Notes under the pieces: model-generated
The model's database searches: none
Told to the model about the DNA's origin: nothing
Seen by the model: only the letters and a program-made list of their open reading frames with translations
Assembly (NCBI GenBank): GCA_963698035.1
Contig: OY969114.1
Coordinates: forward strand, 744,854 to 776,853
Direction of reading: 5' to 3'
Source of the DNA: Candidatus Saccharimonadota bacterium
GTDB taxonomy: Archaea > Micrarchaeota > Micrarchaeia > Micrarchaeales > Micrarchaeaceae
DNA length: 32,000 nt
Position numbers and translations under genes: made by a program
Part shown: positions 31,054 to 32,000 of the stretch, in pieces
Layout: each line of letters starts with the position of its first letter
Numbering within the stretch: position 1 is the first letter of the stretch

Positions 31054-31401
31054 TTGGCAACTGCTGCTACACCGATGAAAATATCATTCGGCGAGTCTTT
31101 TCATCCTACAATGATATTGGATGGTACGAAAGATACAACAATACGCTTGTCAGTACGTGATCTGAAGGAAGGGAATATCATTGTTCTTGTTGATAGGGAG
31201 GGAAAGGAGTTCGGAAAAGCTACAATAATTAGCGTTAAGATGACAACGCTTGGAAATCTTACAAAAGAAGACATGGAAGGCCATGAAAAATACTCATCGC
31301 AAAAGGAATTGTATAGAACATTTCAAAAGTATTATCCAAATATCAGCGTTGGTGCGGAAACGCCAGCACAGGTAATAAAGTTTAAGCTCATAAAAGCCTA
31401 A
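31054..31401 (+). CDS. ASCH-domain (PUA-like) protein
   Basis: 115 aa with ISFGESFHPTMILDGTKDTTIR ... GNLTKEDMEGHE ... VIKFKLI, a typical ASCH layout. The TTG start at 31054 is supported by the leader alignment; ATG 31075 is the alternative. Confidence 0.8.
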   Translation: MATAATPMKISFGESFHPTMILDGTKDTTIRLSVRDLKEGNIIVLVDREGKEFGKATIISVKMTTLGNLTKEDMEGHEKYSSQKELYRTFQKYYPNISVGAETPAQVIKFKLIKA

Positions 31402-31532
31402 GCCCAGAATATACACCCTATATCTCCCTGAGAGGAGGAGGCGCCTGGGGAGGAGGGCTTTCTGGTTCTGGGAGGAAGGGGGAGTCCTGAGAGGGTGGTA
31501 ATGTTTAAAGCCTTTTATTGAGAAGAGAGGAT

Positions 31533-31910
31533 ATGGCAGAAACATTTATCGTGCGATTCTCGAGCCATGATGCTGATTTAAGAGCCATGGATGCTATGGC
31601 CAGATTAGGCAGAGTACATAGTACAGAGAATGGAGATAATTTCATAAATAGAAGACAGCTTGAAGAGCTTCAGAGGCTTGAAATACCTTATAAGCTCGTG
31701 GGCCCTGCGCCACAAAATCAAACCGTAGAAGCATGGCAGAATGTTATAGATGCTGCATACAGGCATGCAAATAGAGGTAGAATCGGAGAAGCCACTGACT
31801 TGCTTCGAAAAGGTGCGCGCCTTTATCCGGAACACGAGAAAGATTTTACTGATGTGACTGCTCTTATTGTTGGAAATCATTTACGTTCGAAAAGAGGACC
31901 TGGTCATTAA
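31533..31910 (+). CDS. hypothetical protein
   Basis: 125 aa from ATG 31533; the track start is TTG 31518. It lies about 30 nt after TGTTTAAAG. No motif recognised. Confidence 0.55.
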   Translation: MAETFIVRFSSHDADLRAMDAMARLGRVHSTENGDNFINRRQLEELQRLEIPYKLVGPAPQNQTVEAWQNVIDAAYRHANRGRIGEATDLLRKGARLYPEHEKDFTDVTALIVGNHLRSKRGPGH

Positions 31911-31969
31911 CATAATATGATAGATAAAATCTATTTCTATGAATTAAGCCCAAGCTCATGGCCTCCTGA

Positions 31970-31993
31970 GGGAGGGGGATGGGGGCTCTGGGG
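31970..31993 (+). other. G-quadruplex-type motif
   Basis: GGGAGGGGGATGGGGGCTCTGGGG: four G-runs with loops of 1-4 nt, at the window edge. Confidence 0.45.
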
Positions 31994-32000
31994 AGGAGGG

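Overview
The window looks archaeal. The evidence is highly uniform BRE/TATA promoters (AAAAGC-ATAAATATC), many leaderless or short-leader genes, GTGAT-type Shine-Dalgarno motifs, and archaeal-style RelE antitoxin partners. I could not place the lineage more precisely. I support about 50 protein genes and found no rRNA, tRNA, CRISPR array, transposase or integrase. Housekeeping or metabolic genes include the guaB 5' end, an Amt ammonium transporter, a SemiSWEET transporter, a dCMP deaminase, a purine phosphoribosyltransferase, a nucleoside 2-deoxyribosyltransferase-like gene, glycan-related genes (a class I methyltransferase, an HddA-like GHMP kinase, a GT-C glycosyltransferase) and a SET-domain protein. 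The right half (20-32 kb) is accessory-like. It holds three or four GNAT-type genes, an alpha/beta hydrolase, a tandem triphosphate-tunnel protein, a methyltransferase-transglutaminase fusion, ICMT-like and EEP-family proteins, an EamA transporter, an ASCH protein and three of the window's four toxin-antitoxin loci (one relBE-type, vapBC, doc); the other relBE-type locus lies at 17.5-18.0 kb. The most unusual signal is non-coding. Almost every intergenic spacer is GC-rich and built from the same ordered, strand-polarised modules: an AAGCCN hexamer tract at the stop codon, then a GGGCTAGAGAGAAGGG box, then small GC hairpins or G-quadruplex-type runs, then BRE/TATA. There are several recognisable repeat families, and one hairpin shows compensatory base changes between its two copies. 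A roughly 40-nt promoter-leader-start module is copied in front of eight mostly unrecognisable small genes. The most interesting coding feature is a translationally coupled pair at 8880-10540: a radical-SAM-like Fe-S protein with a CX2CX2C motif, and a minimal diadenylate-cyclase-fold protein whose catalytic motifs are substituted. All calls come from reading the sequence and translations by eye. No database search was run.
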